From Octopus sinensis (Eukaryota), in the NCBI RefSeq assembly GCF_006345805.1, contig NC_042999.1:72292001-72356000 (forward strand): DNA of 64,000 nucleotides, written 5' to 3'. Below, one piece after another: positions 39,560 through 52,959 of the stretch. The stretch's first letter is position 1. The number at the start of each line of letters is the position of its first letter. Below the pieces are notes generated by a model. The model was not told the DNA's origin. It saw only the letters and a program-made list of their open reading frames with translations, and did no database searches. The translations under genes were made by a program, and so were the position numbers.

Positions 39560-40420
39560 TTCTTCGGGTTTTCACAGCAAGGTCCTTAGATATAAATTCA
39601 CAGATTTTTCTTTCTTCTGTTTTTTGTAATCATGTTTTATATTTTTAGTTTGATATCTCCTACGTTGGCAATGTATGTCTTTATGACCAGAATAGCTCGG
39701 TTGAAAAAATGTATCTATGAACAAAATGTCAGTTCTTTTCTCATTGATCATTTTCAGAATAGTATGTCATCAGTCCTGAGTAGTGTTTTTTTTTCTTTTA
39801 TTTTAGAAACAAAAGAAGGATTTCAAAGCTACTACAACATTAAGAATTGGTAGCAGTGAGAAAAATCTTACCAAATTAATGCGCCATTTTATTTCACACC
39901 GGCTAAGTTACAAACGTATATATAAAAATTATTAAACATTTCATATGTGCATTGGTGTCAATTAGTAATAGATCACCAGCTGTTTAGAGATGACTGTACA
40001 CTGTATGTGCATAACACCGAATGCCAACAAAGTCACAAGTTTTGTTATTATATATGGTTTTGGTCTTGCTTCTTAATTTCACACTAACAACATTTGTTGC
40101 GGTTGTCTGCGCAAAATCTACAATTTTATTTATCCATGTTTTGCATACATGATTAGGAATAAAGAGAGGTATCAAGTAATATAAGATATCATTTTAACAA
40201 CTTCTCACTTCCAAGAATCCTGTAGATCTTTATGAAACTCAGATTTAGCCAATGGTGTAAGTACATTCAAAGTTACAGCTTCACATTTTTTTTCATGCTT
40301 GCTGAAACTACTTCGACTCAAAAAATGTTGTGACCAACGGATATTTTGAAGCACGTGTTGAAAAAGCTGACGGCTTCTTTAACAGCATCGGGAAGCTTAT
40401 TTTCGGTTATGTCTAACTTA
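39560..40420 (-). mobile_element. Degenerate hAT-like transposase remnant
   Basis: Pieces KCEAVTLNVLTPLAKSEFHKDL and VGIRCYAHTV (CxxH motif) resemble hAT transposases. Many disruptions. Confidence 0.55.
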
Positions 40421-40429
40421 GTCTTTTCT

Positions 40430-40700
40430 TTTCTTGTTTTACTTGTTTTAGTCAGTTGACTGCGGTCATGCTAGAGCACCGCCTTAAAGGGTGTTAGTCG
40501 AAGAAATCGACCCCAGGACTTATTCTTTGTAAACCTAGTACTTATTCTATCAGTGTCTTTTGCCGAACCGTTAAGTTACCAGTATTGATTGTCAAACGAT
40601 GCCGCGGTGGGGGAGAAGAACACGTGTGGCTGTATGGTAAGAAGCTTGATTCTCAACCACGTGTTCCGGGTTCAGTCCCACTGCGTGATACCTTGGGCAT
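40430..40700. mobile_element. SINE family A pieces (minus tail, plus head)
   Basis: agtcagttgactgcggtcatgctagagcaccgcc tail in reverse. ccgggttcagtcccactgcg head forward. Confidence 0.75.
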
Positions 40701-40726
40701 TTTATTGCCAACTTAGTAATAGGAAC

Positions 40727-41690
40727 CTAAAAAGATGCATCATTACTCACGTCAGTGCACATGTCACGCACTGACTTTGAATCATCGATCTCTCCTAGGC
40801 CAGTGTATTCAGTCTGCATTTCATTCTGCGTTGCGTGCTGGTAGTGCAGTTCTTGAAATTTTCCAGCATTAATATGCACATTATTGTCATCAACATGTCT
40901 AGGGTTCTGTATCTTCTGAGAGTCTTTTGTATCGTCTGCATGGCTAGCACGGGTGGCTATCTGAGCAGCTGAGGATGTGTCTGAGAGGGCCGTTTTGAAT
41001 AGCAGTGGCCCTAACACAGTGCCCTGTGGAACACCACTCACTATTTGTGTTTCCTTAGAGGTGACTCTATTGACAACAACTGCCTGATTTCTATCTTTTA
41101 CGAAGTTGTGTAGCCACTCTCCAAAGTTTTCAGCTATGCCGAGATCAAGTAGTTTGTGACATACCATACCGAAGTCAACTGTATCAAAAGCTTTTACAAA
41201 GTCGAGATATGTCCCGTTGAGTTGTAGAGTAGCTGCTTCAACACCAAGTCATAGTGCTATATGAAGCAGCTTCTACCTAGCTGAAATTCGTGCTGGTTGT
41301 CAGTCAGCAAGTCATTCTCTTCAAGGAACACAATCAGTTTTCTTCGGACTATGAATTCTATTATTACTGATTCCTTAGTTACAGGTGTAGTGGCAAAGTA
41401 CTCCGCTGATTTATTCACTTGCCTGTCTTTCAACAAAGTATTGAAAACACTCTTCAACTGTACCTTAAGTATTTTACTTATCCTCATTGGGATGCCTGTG
41501 AAGGAGCCGTCATTTTGGAAGAGGGATCCGATTTAGTAGTGTATTGAGTTGATTTTTTTTTTGTTTATTGTTTTCTGACAAAGTTCAAGAAGGCCTTATA
41601 ATATGAATATATTTATTATAACCCAGGCTTCTTTGTCTGCTCTCTCTTTTTTTCATGAGATTGTTGCAGACTTTGTATACATTCATATAA
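40727..41690 (-). mobile_element. CR1/L2-like LINE reverse transcriptase remnant
   Basis: IYLDFVKAFDTVDFG, SGVPQGTVLGPLLF, SHADDTK and LLTDNQHEFQLGRSC motifs. Confidence 0.9.
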
Positions 41691-41877
41691 AGGCGCAATA
41701 TAATACCATAAAGGGAAAAATTTATCGTCTAGTCTCGTCATCCTAGAGATGCACATGGGGCGGTTATCACCTCTGTCGACGTATATATATTGCACTGCTT
41801 CTTACAGCAAGAATTTTTAACTCTTATTTCTTGAAATATAGGTGCTTCGGCACCCTCAGTCAAAATGAGTGGTGATG

Positions 41878-41910
<33 letters not shown>

Positions 41911-42860
41911 AGTGTGTGTGTGTGTGTGTCTGTGTGTACATATTCATTGTTCCATATATGTGTGTGTATATATATATATATATATATACGTACACAACCG
42001 TCCATATATGGATGAGTGGATATGTACGTATTTGTTTGTGTGTATGTGTTTGTGTATCTGTGTATAGCATGCATTGTGTAAGCAAGGACTGTTTTTATTA
42101 TTTTATCTCTATTATCATTAAAACTCACCGCCTACGTACCGTTGACAATGTTATATTGCCTATTTGTCCGAACTTGCTTGTGGCACCTATTTTGTTGATA
42201 GTCGAATAATTTATTGCGGAAAATGTCACTCATAAACTCTTGACCGTTAAATGAATTTATCAGATAAGCGATGAGATAAAATTAACCACTTCCATGTCAA
42301 CTTCTGAAATGTACATTTATTATTACTCCCATCAGTAAAAACGTTAATTGAATAGCTGTAATACAAACTATTTCCTCCGCGAATTGGAATGCTTTATTTA
42401 TTATTTTTTCCCAAAACACCACCTGAATTCAATATATATCTGTCTACAAACTTGTTTGTCCACAGATTGACTTTACCAGCAAATATTCAATACCCCTGAT
42501 GAAATGATGTTGTTATGTAATAATATAATATTATGTAATATTATGCACTAATGATTAAATAGTCATGCTCTGGAAAAGTAGAAAATTCGTAGTGTTTGAT
42601 GTTACATATATGGATGTACAGGAGGCTCAATATTATTATACAATTATACCCATTGAACTGCCGGCTATACTGTCCTGTTGATTAATAAACACCGGGAAAT
42701 CAACTCAAAATGTCGCTTTGTTAACAACCGATTTGAACTCTCTCAAGAAGAACTTAAATTAAGTTCAATGAAAAAGTCATATACACATACATACATACAT
42801 ACATACATACATACATACATACATACATACATACATACATACATACATACATACATACAT

Positions 42861-43435
42861 AATTCTCAGAGAATGTAGGTTTGGAGTTTGGTCAAGATAA
42901 ATGTTGTTATATGGTTGTGAAAAGGGGGAAAAGACTTGTAACGTCTCCATCAATAATAATTACAGGTTCATACCTGTAATTATTAGGGATATTGGGATAT
43001 GTAAGACACTGTCTAAATACCAATCTTGAGAAATTAGGCTTCCCAAAACCAGAAAGGAGAAAGTTAATTCGAAGGCTACAGATCCATCCATCACTGGAAC
43101 TGTAAAAATCTGTAGAACTTTCCAAACGTTTATCATTTAAATATATATGAGCACGTCTAGATATGCAACTATATGCATGAGAATACATACATAAAGCATA
43201 CAAATCTGCACATACATACATACATACATACATACATACATACATACATACATACATACATACATACATACATACATACATACATACATAATTAAATACA
43301 TACATACATAAATGCATACATACAAAAATACCCTGTTGTTGATGGTGAAATTCCAATGAAGAAGCCTTGGATCTAGGTTAGAAACCTGTTCTTTCTCTAT
43401 TCGCAACAAATCTTGAAATAAACTGAATAATGATA
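42861..43435 (+). mobile_element. Dong/R4-clade LINE, internally deleted (short RT piece joined to 3' end)
   Basis: GLEFGQDKCCYMVVKRGK joined to IPVII...LEKLGFPKPERRKL; 3' UTR with internal (CATA)n and aataaa. (CATA)n on both flanks. Confidence 0.8.
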
Positions 43436-43449
43436 TACATACATACATG

Positions 43450-45190
43450 TTGCTATATGGTTGTTAAAGGGGGGTAACTTGTCATTCATGTTAAGGAAGT
43501 CTGAAGGATATCTCACTGGTTCACAAGGAAATAGATTCACCAAAATTACACACTGTTTCTTTGTGGATGACTTAAAACTTTATGTAAAGAATATGCATGA
43601 GATTAAAAAGAGCCTTGACCTAGTTGCAACATTCTCAAAGGATGTAGGATTGTAGTTTGAGCAGGATAAATGTTATATGGTTGTGAAAAGAGAAAAAGCT
43701 ATAAGCTAGACCAATAACATTTCCATTAATGATTTGACTGTTTCCCTTGTATCTGAGGAGGAATGTTACAGGCATCTAGAGTTGGATGAAAATATATCTT
43801 ACAGTGGCACCTGTAACAAAACACGTGTCACTAAAGAATATTGCAGTTGAATAAAGAAAATTTGGAACTCAGAACTCTCAGCATTCAATAAAACATTGGC
43901 CCACAATGTGTTTGCAATGCCAGTACTTATGCCAACATTTAGACTGCTTGATTGGACGCTTGATGAGATCCGAGCCATTGAGGTGAAAACCCGAAAAATA
44001 CTAACAAACATACATAATTTCCACATAAACAGTGATGTAGACTGCCTCTACTTAAAACGAAAACAAGGCGGAATTGGCTTAACATCGATCCAAAATGCCT
44101 TTGAATGTCGCATTATATTCCTTCGGCAACATCTTTTAATCACCAAGTGTCGAAGTGCATCTTTTGACCAAGTTTGCATACATGAGGCTGATAACATTAT
44201 GAGACTTGGAAGGCAGCTCCATGAGCAACACACTTTGTCTAAAAACCTAGAATACATGCCCAAAGAAGTCGCACAACTCTACCGTAACGTATCATCATAT
44301 GAATGGATGAGCCTATATGAGCATGGATATGTTACTAGAAAGCACCGTGATGATGATAGTAACATCGATCATCAAAGAAGTTTATCATGGACCAATAGCC
44401 GGATTACTATCTCCCACTTTGAAGAGTATGCGTTTGCAATCCAGGAACGGGGAAATTTCAACCAAGTACCTCATGCACAAAAAGGATAAAGATGCAGGTA
44501 AAGCCGTAAAGTGTGACAACCGATGCAGACTTTGTGGAGTTCACATTGAAGATATCACCCACATCATAAGCAATGCCCGAAAATGTCATCACGGTATTAT
44601 CTACTGATCAGATATGACGTTGTAGCTAGGACACTCTATAATGAAATCCGTCGGAAGGATAATCCTGAGGACAAAGAAATAAGAAACCACAATATTGTAG
44701 AAACCATAGCCACTCAAAATAAAAAGGAATACTGGTGGAATGTACCAGTGAAAACCTCAATAAAATGTAAGCACAACAGGCTTAACATATTCTGAACTAT
44801 TGAGAAAACTGCAATTACTCTATCCAGATTACAAGTTCAGTTTATACCCGTAATTATTGGGAACCTGAGATATGTAACACACTGCCTAAATACCAGTCTT
44901 GATAAATTAGGCTTCACAAGGCCAGAAAGGAGAAAGCTAATTCGAAGACTACCGATTTAATCCATCACTGGAACAGTAAAAATCTGTAAAACTTTCCAGA
45001 AGTTTATCATTCAAATATATATTAGCATGTCTAGATATGCAGCTTTATGCATGAGAATACATATATAAAACATACAAATCTGCACATACATACATGCATA
45101 CATATATACATACATACATGCATTCATACATGCATGCATACATACATACATACATACATACATACATACATACATACATACATACATACA

Positions 45191-45222
<32 letters not shown>

Positions 45223-45335
45223 AACAAAGATACGCTGCTGGTGGTGTTGAAATTCCAATGAAGGAGCCTTGGATCTAGGTTAGAGACTGGTTCTTTCTCT
45301 ATTCGCAAGAAATCTTAAAATAAACTGAATAATGG
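43450..45335 (+). mobile_element. Dong/R4-clade LINE, 5'-truncated (RT end, CCHC finger, RLE, 3' UTR)
   Basis: HCFFVDDLKLY, AHNVFAMPVL, LYLKRKQGGIGL, CRLCGVHIEDITHIISN, KEYWWNVPVKTSIKCKHNR. Several stops and frameshifts. Ends in (CATA)n. Confidence 0.9.
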
Positions 45336-45354
45336 ACATACATACATACAAACA

Positions 45355-46170
45355 TGGAAACATATCTTATATGGCACTTGTAACAAAACACGTGTCACAA
45401 AGAATATTACAGTTGAATAAAGAAAATTTGTAACTCAGAACTCTCTGCATTCAATAAAGCAATAGCCCACAATGTGTTTGCAGTGTCAGTACTCATACCA
45501 ACATTTGGACGTTTGATGAGATCCGAGCCATTGAGGTGAAAACCCGAAAAATAGTAACCAGCACACAATTTTCATATCAACACTGACGCAGACCGCCACT
45601 ACCTAAAATGAAAACAAGGCGAAAGAGGCTTAACATCGATCCAAAATGCCTTTGAATGTCGCATCATATCCCTTCGGTAACGTCTATTAACCACCAAGTG
45701 TCAAAGCGCATCCCTTGACAAAATTTGAATGCATGAGACTGATAGCATCATAAGAGTTGGAGAGCAGGTCCTTTAACAGCACTCCTTGTCTGATAACTTT
45801 AAATACATGCCCAGAAAAGTGGGAGAGTATTTTCATATGAATGTATACATATGTTCAGAGTTGCATGTTTTGTTTTATGTATGTATTCTCATGCATATAG
45901 TTGCATATCTAGACATGGTCATATATATTTAAATGATAAACTTCTGGAAAGTTTTACTGATTTTACAGTTCCAGTGATGGACTGGATCTGTAGTCTTCGA
46001 ATTAGCTTTCTCCTTTCTGGTTTTCAGAAGCCTAATTTCTCAAGATTGGTATTTAAACAGTGTGTTACATATCCCAGTGTCCCTGTGTATGTATGTATGT
46101 ATGTATGTATGTATGTATGTATGTATGTATGTATGTATGTATGTATGTATGTATGTATGTATGTATTCAT
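45355..46170. mobile_element. Further Dong/R4 fragments: repeated RT piece (+) and inverted 3' end (-)
   Basis: 45355-45830 repeats ~43790-44260. 45840-46085 is the reverse complement of the 3' end and is followed by (TATG)n. Confidence 0.8.
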
Positions 46171-46458
46171 GCATGCAAATATGTATATATATGTAAATAT
46201 AATCGTGTGTATGTAGTAGCTACATGTATTTCGACAAATTGTATAGAATGAGTGTAAGAGAGTATGTAGGTCACTTTGTTGTATGCTGTTAACGAATGTA
46301 CCCATGAAATGATGACTGAAAAATCATAAGAGCTGAAACTAAATTACTGTCTTTCAATTGACAGTTACGACAAGTAATTTACTTATGCAACGTCATTTCT
46401 GACTTATTCTGAACTTTTGTGTAATATTGTCTTCCAAGTTTCTCTCTTTCTCTCTCTT

Positions 46459-46489
<31 letters not shown>

Positions 46490-46526
46490 ATATATATATC
46501 TCTTTCTCTCTCTCTCTCTCTCTCTC

Positions 46527-46571
<45 letters not shown>

Positions 46572-47399
46572 ATATATAAATACTTGTGCGTATGTGTGTG
46601 TCTAGACACATATTCTTTGCTAAATGTCTGAATATAAAGAAAAAATCAGAATATTTTTCTAAATGATTTAATGTAATGATAAAATCTAATTATCTGCAAA
46701 ATATTTACAAGTAACAAAGTTAATTTGCTTATATCATATTTTATGATATATGAACAGTGAAATATTTCAAATTTTGTCTTCAATTTGACATTTAAGATAC
46801 GGCAAGGTAGATGAATAGTTCATAAATTTATGGAATTGTTAACGGTAAAAGGGGTCAAATTATTCCATATTCGGCAATGAACTCATATTCGGGAAGATAA
46901 GTTCCATAACAAGACAGCTTAGTTCGTCTGAACGAAGAATTTTTCTTCCACATTGCGCAATAAATTTTTAAATTGTCAATTATTTTGGGCTTCGTTATAT
47001 ATGTATGCATGCATATACCCGTTTAGTTTTAAGTATTTGAAGTCTTCCTGTCAAGAAAGAATATGTTTTCAACAGAGATACAAACCTCCGTTGCTCGAAT
47101 GTAGGTAACAAAAACAATTCAAGTTTTGCTTAGTTTTACTCTGTCACAGATTGTAATGCGCGAGTTAGCTGATTGATTTCTTTTCTGAAAACCCTAGCTT
47201 TTTTTTATTGTCATTCATGCATTTTCTCACAAAACCAAATGCACCAATTATTATTCACATGAATGGGAATTTATAACTCGGGTATAGAAACTGGAGGTTT
47301 CGAAGCAGTTGTGCATAGTTATATTCTTTCTCTGATTTTCGAAGAAATCTTCACGTGAGTGGTGCAGCTCATCTTTATGATGGTACATCATTTTTCCCA

Positions 47400-48130
47400 A
47401 GCAACTATATCCAGCCTATTATGACCGGGTATTGTTGCTGGGAACATTCCTTGTGAATATTCCTTGTGCTGATGTTTATGTAAGTATTAATTAACAGGGC
47501 GTTCTCTATATTTATACCAAGATAGTCTGAGTAGCTCGCTGTCGACAAATAGGATAATGTTCTCTTCACTTGTCAGCACTACACGTATTCGTTTTTGCTA
47601 CTGTTGTTTAGCAATTGCTGTCTGAGAGAGACTATACAACATTCGAAGGTTGTTTGCTCTCATTTCAAGTCTCTAACTCCATTTCTGCTTAGATAGAGAC
47701 TGTTAATATCACTATTCCTGTGGAAATTTCCAGTTAATATCAGTATCTTACGAGTTTTAACGTCTATGGAGTGGATTTCCTTTTTCAGACCGGTCAAGTA
47801 CCCCAAATGTTAGAATCAGCACTGTTACTGAAATGCATTGTAAGATATTGTATTGTTGCAAGTATTGTTCCAACAGCCATATTTTTCTAAGTCTGGCATT
47901 TTCTCGTGTCACATCAATGCTTGGGTTATTGTAACATTCTTTGTGTGGGGCAGGAGAGGTAGTAAGAACATTGATGCACAGTTTTTGGGTTCGGAGGACT
48001 GGTTTTCCTCTTTCAACAATCAAGTATGAACATTTCTTTTGACCAAATTCCATTCCTATGTCAGCTGAAAATGTTGTTATTAATTCCAGCTGCTTTTGAC
48101 ATTGTTAACATTTTTAGCATAAATTTTTGA
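47400..48130 (-). mobile_element. Degenerate Dong/R4-clade RT fragment
   Basis: MEFGQKKCSYLIVERGK...LRKIW...VLILTFGVLD parallels 43650-43970. Confidence 0.7.
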
Positions 48131-48901
48131 GGTCACTCACTTGGAAATTATGTTGCATTAATATCTCTACCAGTTGCAGAACCTAACATGCAGCCATTTG
48201 ATTTTTGTAGCGGGAATGATAATGGATTTAATGCCAAAACGAATAGAATTACAGAAAGACCATCTACTTGGAATATTGTAGACACTTCAGTAGTCATGAA
48301 CAGTGAACAGCGAGAAACGAAACGATGGCTTGCGCGTTCGTTCTTAATACGTTCCGACCGATCTGAACGTGAATGCGCTAATGATTGTTGTGTTTCATCA
48401 AAGAAAATCGATTTCTTTCACTCGAATATGAGTTTATGACACGTAAGGGATGTGGGGAGCGAACATACGCGAATGAATCGAGTGTGTTATGAAGACACAT
48501 TCGTCTGAAAGAAGAAATTGTTCTCTTGTGATATACACAACTGTGATTAGCATGATCAGGTCCAAATATGCCGAAACGTATTAAGACTGAATACGCAAGT
48601 CATCGTTATCCTAACAATTTTTATTTTGATTTAGTTCAGCGTATTTCCACAGGTATGTAGAAAATTGGCTAAATTTAATTTACCTTCCAACGCAATTTCT
48701 AACTCAATCTCGACATCTATTAGACTCTTCTTCTTTTGGTCTCTTACTACCATTCTCTTCACAGTGTATACTAACACCTTCCTATCCTCTTACTTTTTAC
48801 TTCCTTATTAGGCAAACTGTTCAGTCTGTCAGGCCTTCCCAGTGTGTGATTTCTCTACGTACCTTTCTCAGTATCCCTCTTTCTCTCACACACACCCGCT
48901 C

Positions 48902-48984
<83 letters not shown>

Positions 48985-49737
48985 TTCACAAACACACACT
49001 CATACACACACTCACATGCACACACGCGCGCGTGCAAACACTTTGTGTATTTGTGTAGATTTCATTCATCTATGTCACCTCGTTTTTTGAGTCTTACGCT
49101 AACTCATCCCAATTTTTCTCATTCTTTTAATCGCATTCGTTCTTAATTATCATCATGTTACCTTTTTATTCTAATTCCATTTTAAAGTATATATATTAAT
49201 CATGTTTTAATATATTTTATACATACACTTATTTTTTTATCAATTTAAATATCTAATTTCATTAGTTCCTTTTGTTGCATTATTACCTCTCCTTCCCTTC
49301 TTATCCTACGTCAAACCTTTTCTGAATTTCCTTTCACGTTCCTTTACTAGTCCTTCGATAAAAAAAAATGTTTTCCCTATTTATTATTTAAGGCAATTAT
49401 TTCCCGTTACGAAACTTTTAGATTCACTTAATAACTTGAATGGAAGATTACATTCTCTATTTCATATTCGATATATGACAAAGACTTGAAATACAACCTT
49501 TTATATTTTACCAGTATTTAATTTAATTTGTTTTAATTTGATTATTAAATAGCATATTTAGATCTCTCAGACCGAAACAATTATTTTCCTAATATTTTTT
49601 CTAGATTCCTATAACCCACTAAGCATGTTTAATTTCGCACCATTATCTTATTTATTTATATAATCATATGTAGGTTCCCTCCTACTAGACACCTTTATCA
49701 TGCCTTTAGACATAGCAATATATTGTAACCAGATAAA

Positions 49738-49918
49738 GTAGCGAGCTAGCAGAATCGTCAGCACGTCGAACAAAATGCTTAGTTCAAATTCCGCTGAGGT
49801 CAACTTTGACTCTCATCCTTTCAGGGTCGATAAAATAGGTACCAGTTGAGCACTGAGGTCGACATAATCGATTTACCCTTTTCTGAAATTGCTGGACTTG
49901 TGCCAAAATTTGAAACCA
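49738..49918 (+). mobile_element. SINE family B
   Basis: gcgagctagcagaatcgtcagc...gttcaaattccgctgaggtcaactttg. Confidence 0.75.
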
Positions 49919-50746
49919 GTATATTGTAACTAAATAAAATTCAGTTTCAAGTTCTTCTAAATTAATTAGTATTTAACCGTTCTCAACCTGCTAACAAAGT
50001 TATTACCTCATGACCAATAACTTGTTTACTTTCTTCATCTGGTTTCATTCAGAAACGCTCACCTGATTTTAATTTAATGCTGTTTCAATTGCGTACACCG
50101 AGTCAGTAAACTTCCGCGATAACAGTGAATTATTTTAAACATTGTTTCCAGTATATCGAAGCATGAATCTCGTTTAAGCAGGCAACAGAAAGAGGAAACG
50201 CGTCTGTCGTTCTCACACAATTCCGCAGCTGCATACCTTCTAACGGTATAATTTAGTATGAAACAGCGATTTTAATTTTTATCTTTTCTATTTTTTCTCA
50301 CTCTCCATTTATGGAATATAACCGTTTTCAATCTTTCACCTCACCTGCTCACTTTCTGACATGCGTTTCGTCTCTCTTACCCCCCCCCCACCTTCCTCTA
50401 CATGCTGCACCAATTATCTCATAATTTCTCCTCTTTGTTACAATGCTTAAAACGAAACAGATTGTAGCCTGTAAGTATTTATTTTAAATCGGCTAACTAT
50501 ACGTTGTCTGGGTAAGGTCTCTTGTACTCTCCACAAAGATAATGTTTATGGAGATAAGTTAATTACATCTCTTATATGTAAAGTTATATATACTTCGAAC
50601 GCTAGAGTGTGAATGTACGTACATTACATTTATCCAAATGCAGGGGTCATGTGAATGTAAATAAGCTCGTTTAATGACTTCTCATTCCCTTTCTTTTTCT
50701 CTTTTCATCTCCAACCCGTCTCGCTTCCAAATTATCCACCTTTCCT

Positions 50747-50870
<124 letters not shown>

Positions 50871-50945
50871 GACCACTTCCTTCCTATAGTACCTAATTCT
50901 TGAATTTTTTTTCCAGTCCTTCTGCAATATTTTCAGATCCTCTTA

Positions 50946-51155
50946 AGGCGGTGTGCTGACAGAATCGTTAACACGCCGGGAAATAATCCTTAGCGGAATT
51001 TAATCTGTCTTCATGTTCTGAGTTTAAATTCTGCCGGGGTCGACTTTGCCTTTCAATTTTTCGGGGTAGATAAAATAAATACCAGTTGAGCACTGGCGGT
51101 CGATTTAGTCCTTACCCCTTCCTCATAAATTGCTGACCTTGTGCTAAAATGTCAA
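50946..51155 (+). mobile_element. SINE family B
   Basis: ggcggtgtgctgacagaatcgttaacacgccggg...gtcgactttgcctttc. Confidence 0.75.
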
Positions 51156-52959
51156 GCCACTATTTTCAGGCCCTCATGGACTTAGAAGAAAGAAAAACTT
51201 TGTATTCTTTCCAAGGAACTCGGTGAGAAATATCGGAAACTGTTCTCTTAACAGCATACAAACTTTAAAAAATTCTTTACAGTATACCAATAAATATGGA
51301 TTTTGATTAAGGCAGGCTATCGCTAAACTCCCATTGAGTTAATAATCATAAATATAAAGGTATAATAATAAATATAGATTGGTGAATATCATAGAAAATA
51401 GGATTTATGAGTATTGAGTAACAATGTCTTACTTTTATTATTGTTTCACAAAATCAGTGGAGCAATACTTAGCGGGTTTCCCTTTTGTTCATTTAAAATC
51501 GGCATCGACATTGCTTTTCATTCTTTCTACATCGATGAAGTAAATAATGGTAAAGTTACTGTATTGTATCATTGATTGATCTTTACCTCGAAAGACTTAG
51601 ACTTGTGTGCGTATATTCAAAATTATTACTGTTGTTATTATCAGAGAAATGAATGATAAAACCAGCAGAACGCTGGAGGAAATATCGTAATGTATTTATT
51701 TCTCTTTATCTTCTGAGTTCCGATAAAATATCCATCACTCATATCGAAAGAGTTGAGTTAATAGATTATACACTTTGCCAAGACGAGAGAACTTATACAA
51801 ATGTCAGAAGTTCTAATTATTATTGCTAGCTCATATATACTTTTAACTGAGCGGATTTTGTAAAAAAAATATTATTTTACATCCAACGGATGTCGTCTCT
51901 TCATGCTTCATTATGCTTGTAGCATGTTTAGGAAATTAAGAGAAGCGCGATTTCTATAGTATATCTCCCCTTTTTTAAGAAAAATTATTTCCTATGCACC
52001 ATTTGTCTGAAGAACAAAGAAACATATTTTCGAAGAAATGGTAGTGGGAGTGAAGTTCTGAAGCAAGAATTCTGGAGTAGAATGAAAGATATATCGCAAA
52101 TAAGAGCAATAATACTTTAACCATCAGCAAAAGCAGTGTAAGAGCGCCAAGAATATCACACCACTAACCATAACGACAACAACTTCAGTTCAGCATTGAA
52201 ACCTTTACGCAGTTGCTCAATCAGCTATCTATAACAGGTAAATGCCTTCAAATGACATCTTACCATTAAAACAAAAATGAATGCATTGACTGTTGTAATT
52301 TCAATCCTATATACACGTGTAACGACCAATGAGCAAGAAGTGAATGATACAACAGCTACGTAATTGCTTGGCCTCTTTAAAATAGCAGTCAAACCTCATC
52401 AGAACCCTAACCTGCAGTATTTTTCTTATGAATGCATTGGATACACTATCTAGAAAAACACATATAGAAAAACCGGTCTGATGATCCTAGGTAACAGAAG
52501 CGCGACTTGTTATCGAAGCTGCAATATGTTTGGGGTTTTTTTCCAAAATTGGACTTCGATTGGTATTTGGTCGAACTGCTGGGGTTGGAAGGGCCTCTTT
52601 AAAACTTACCTCAAATATTTTCCATAGTAATTGTATTTGAAATTTAGGAGTATTGTGTGGCTGCGCGGAAAGCAAATCGTTGAATCGGGATTTTCTGTCC
52701 TTTGAACTCTATTCAAATATGCAAGGCTTGTAGGTCTTGTCGTGATCTATATGCACTGCAACTGTCTGATCATGCTTGTATGCAGTGAAGGGATACGTAG
52801 AGGTTACATTAAAGACTTTAAGATTTAAGGGGTTTTGACCAAGGTTGTTCAGTGGGACTGTTAGGGATGAGATCAATTGGAGCTAAACCTGTTGCATCTC
52901 TGGAAGTCTATCCCACTTCCATGTATGCGTTATCGCTCGGGTTTTTGTCTAACGGACAT

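Noticed and set aside
52478-52525. CTGATGA...hairpin...GAAG with a cctagg site
   Set aside because: Five extra nt before stem II, GAAG core, no stem III, and no foldback around the cctagg.
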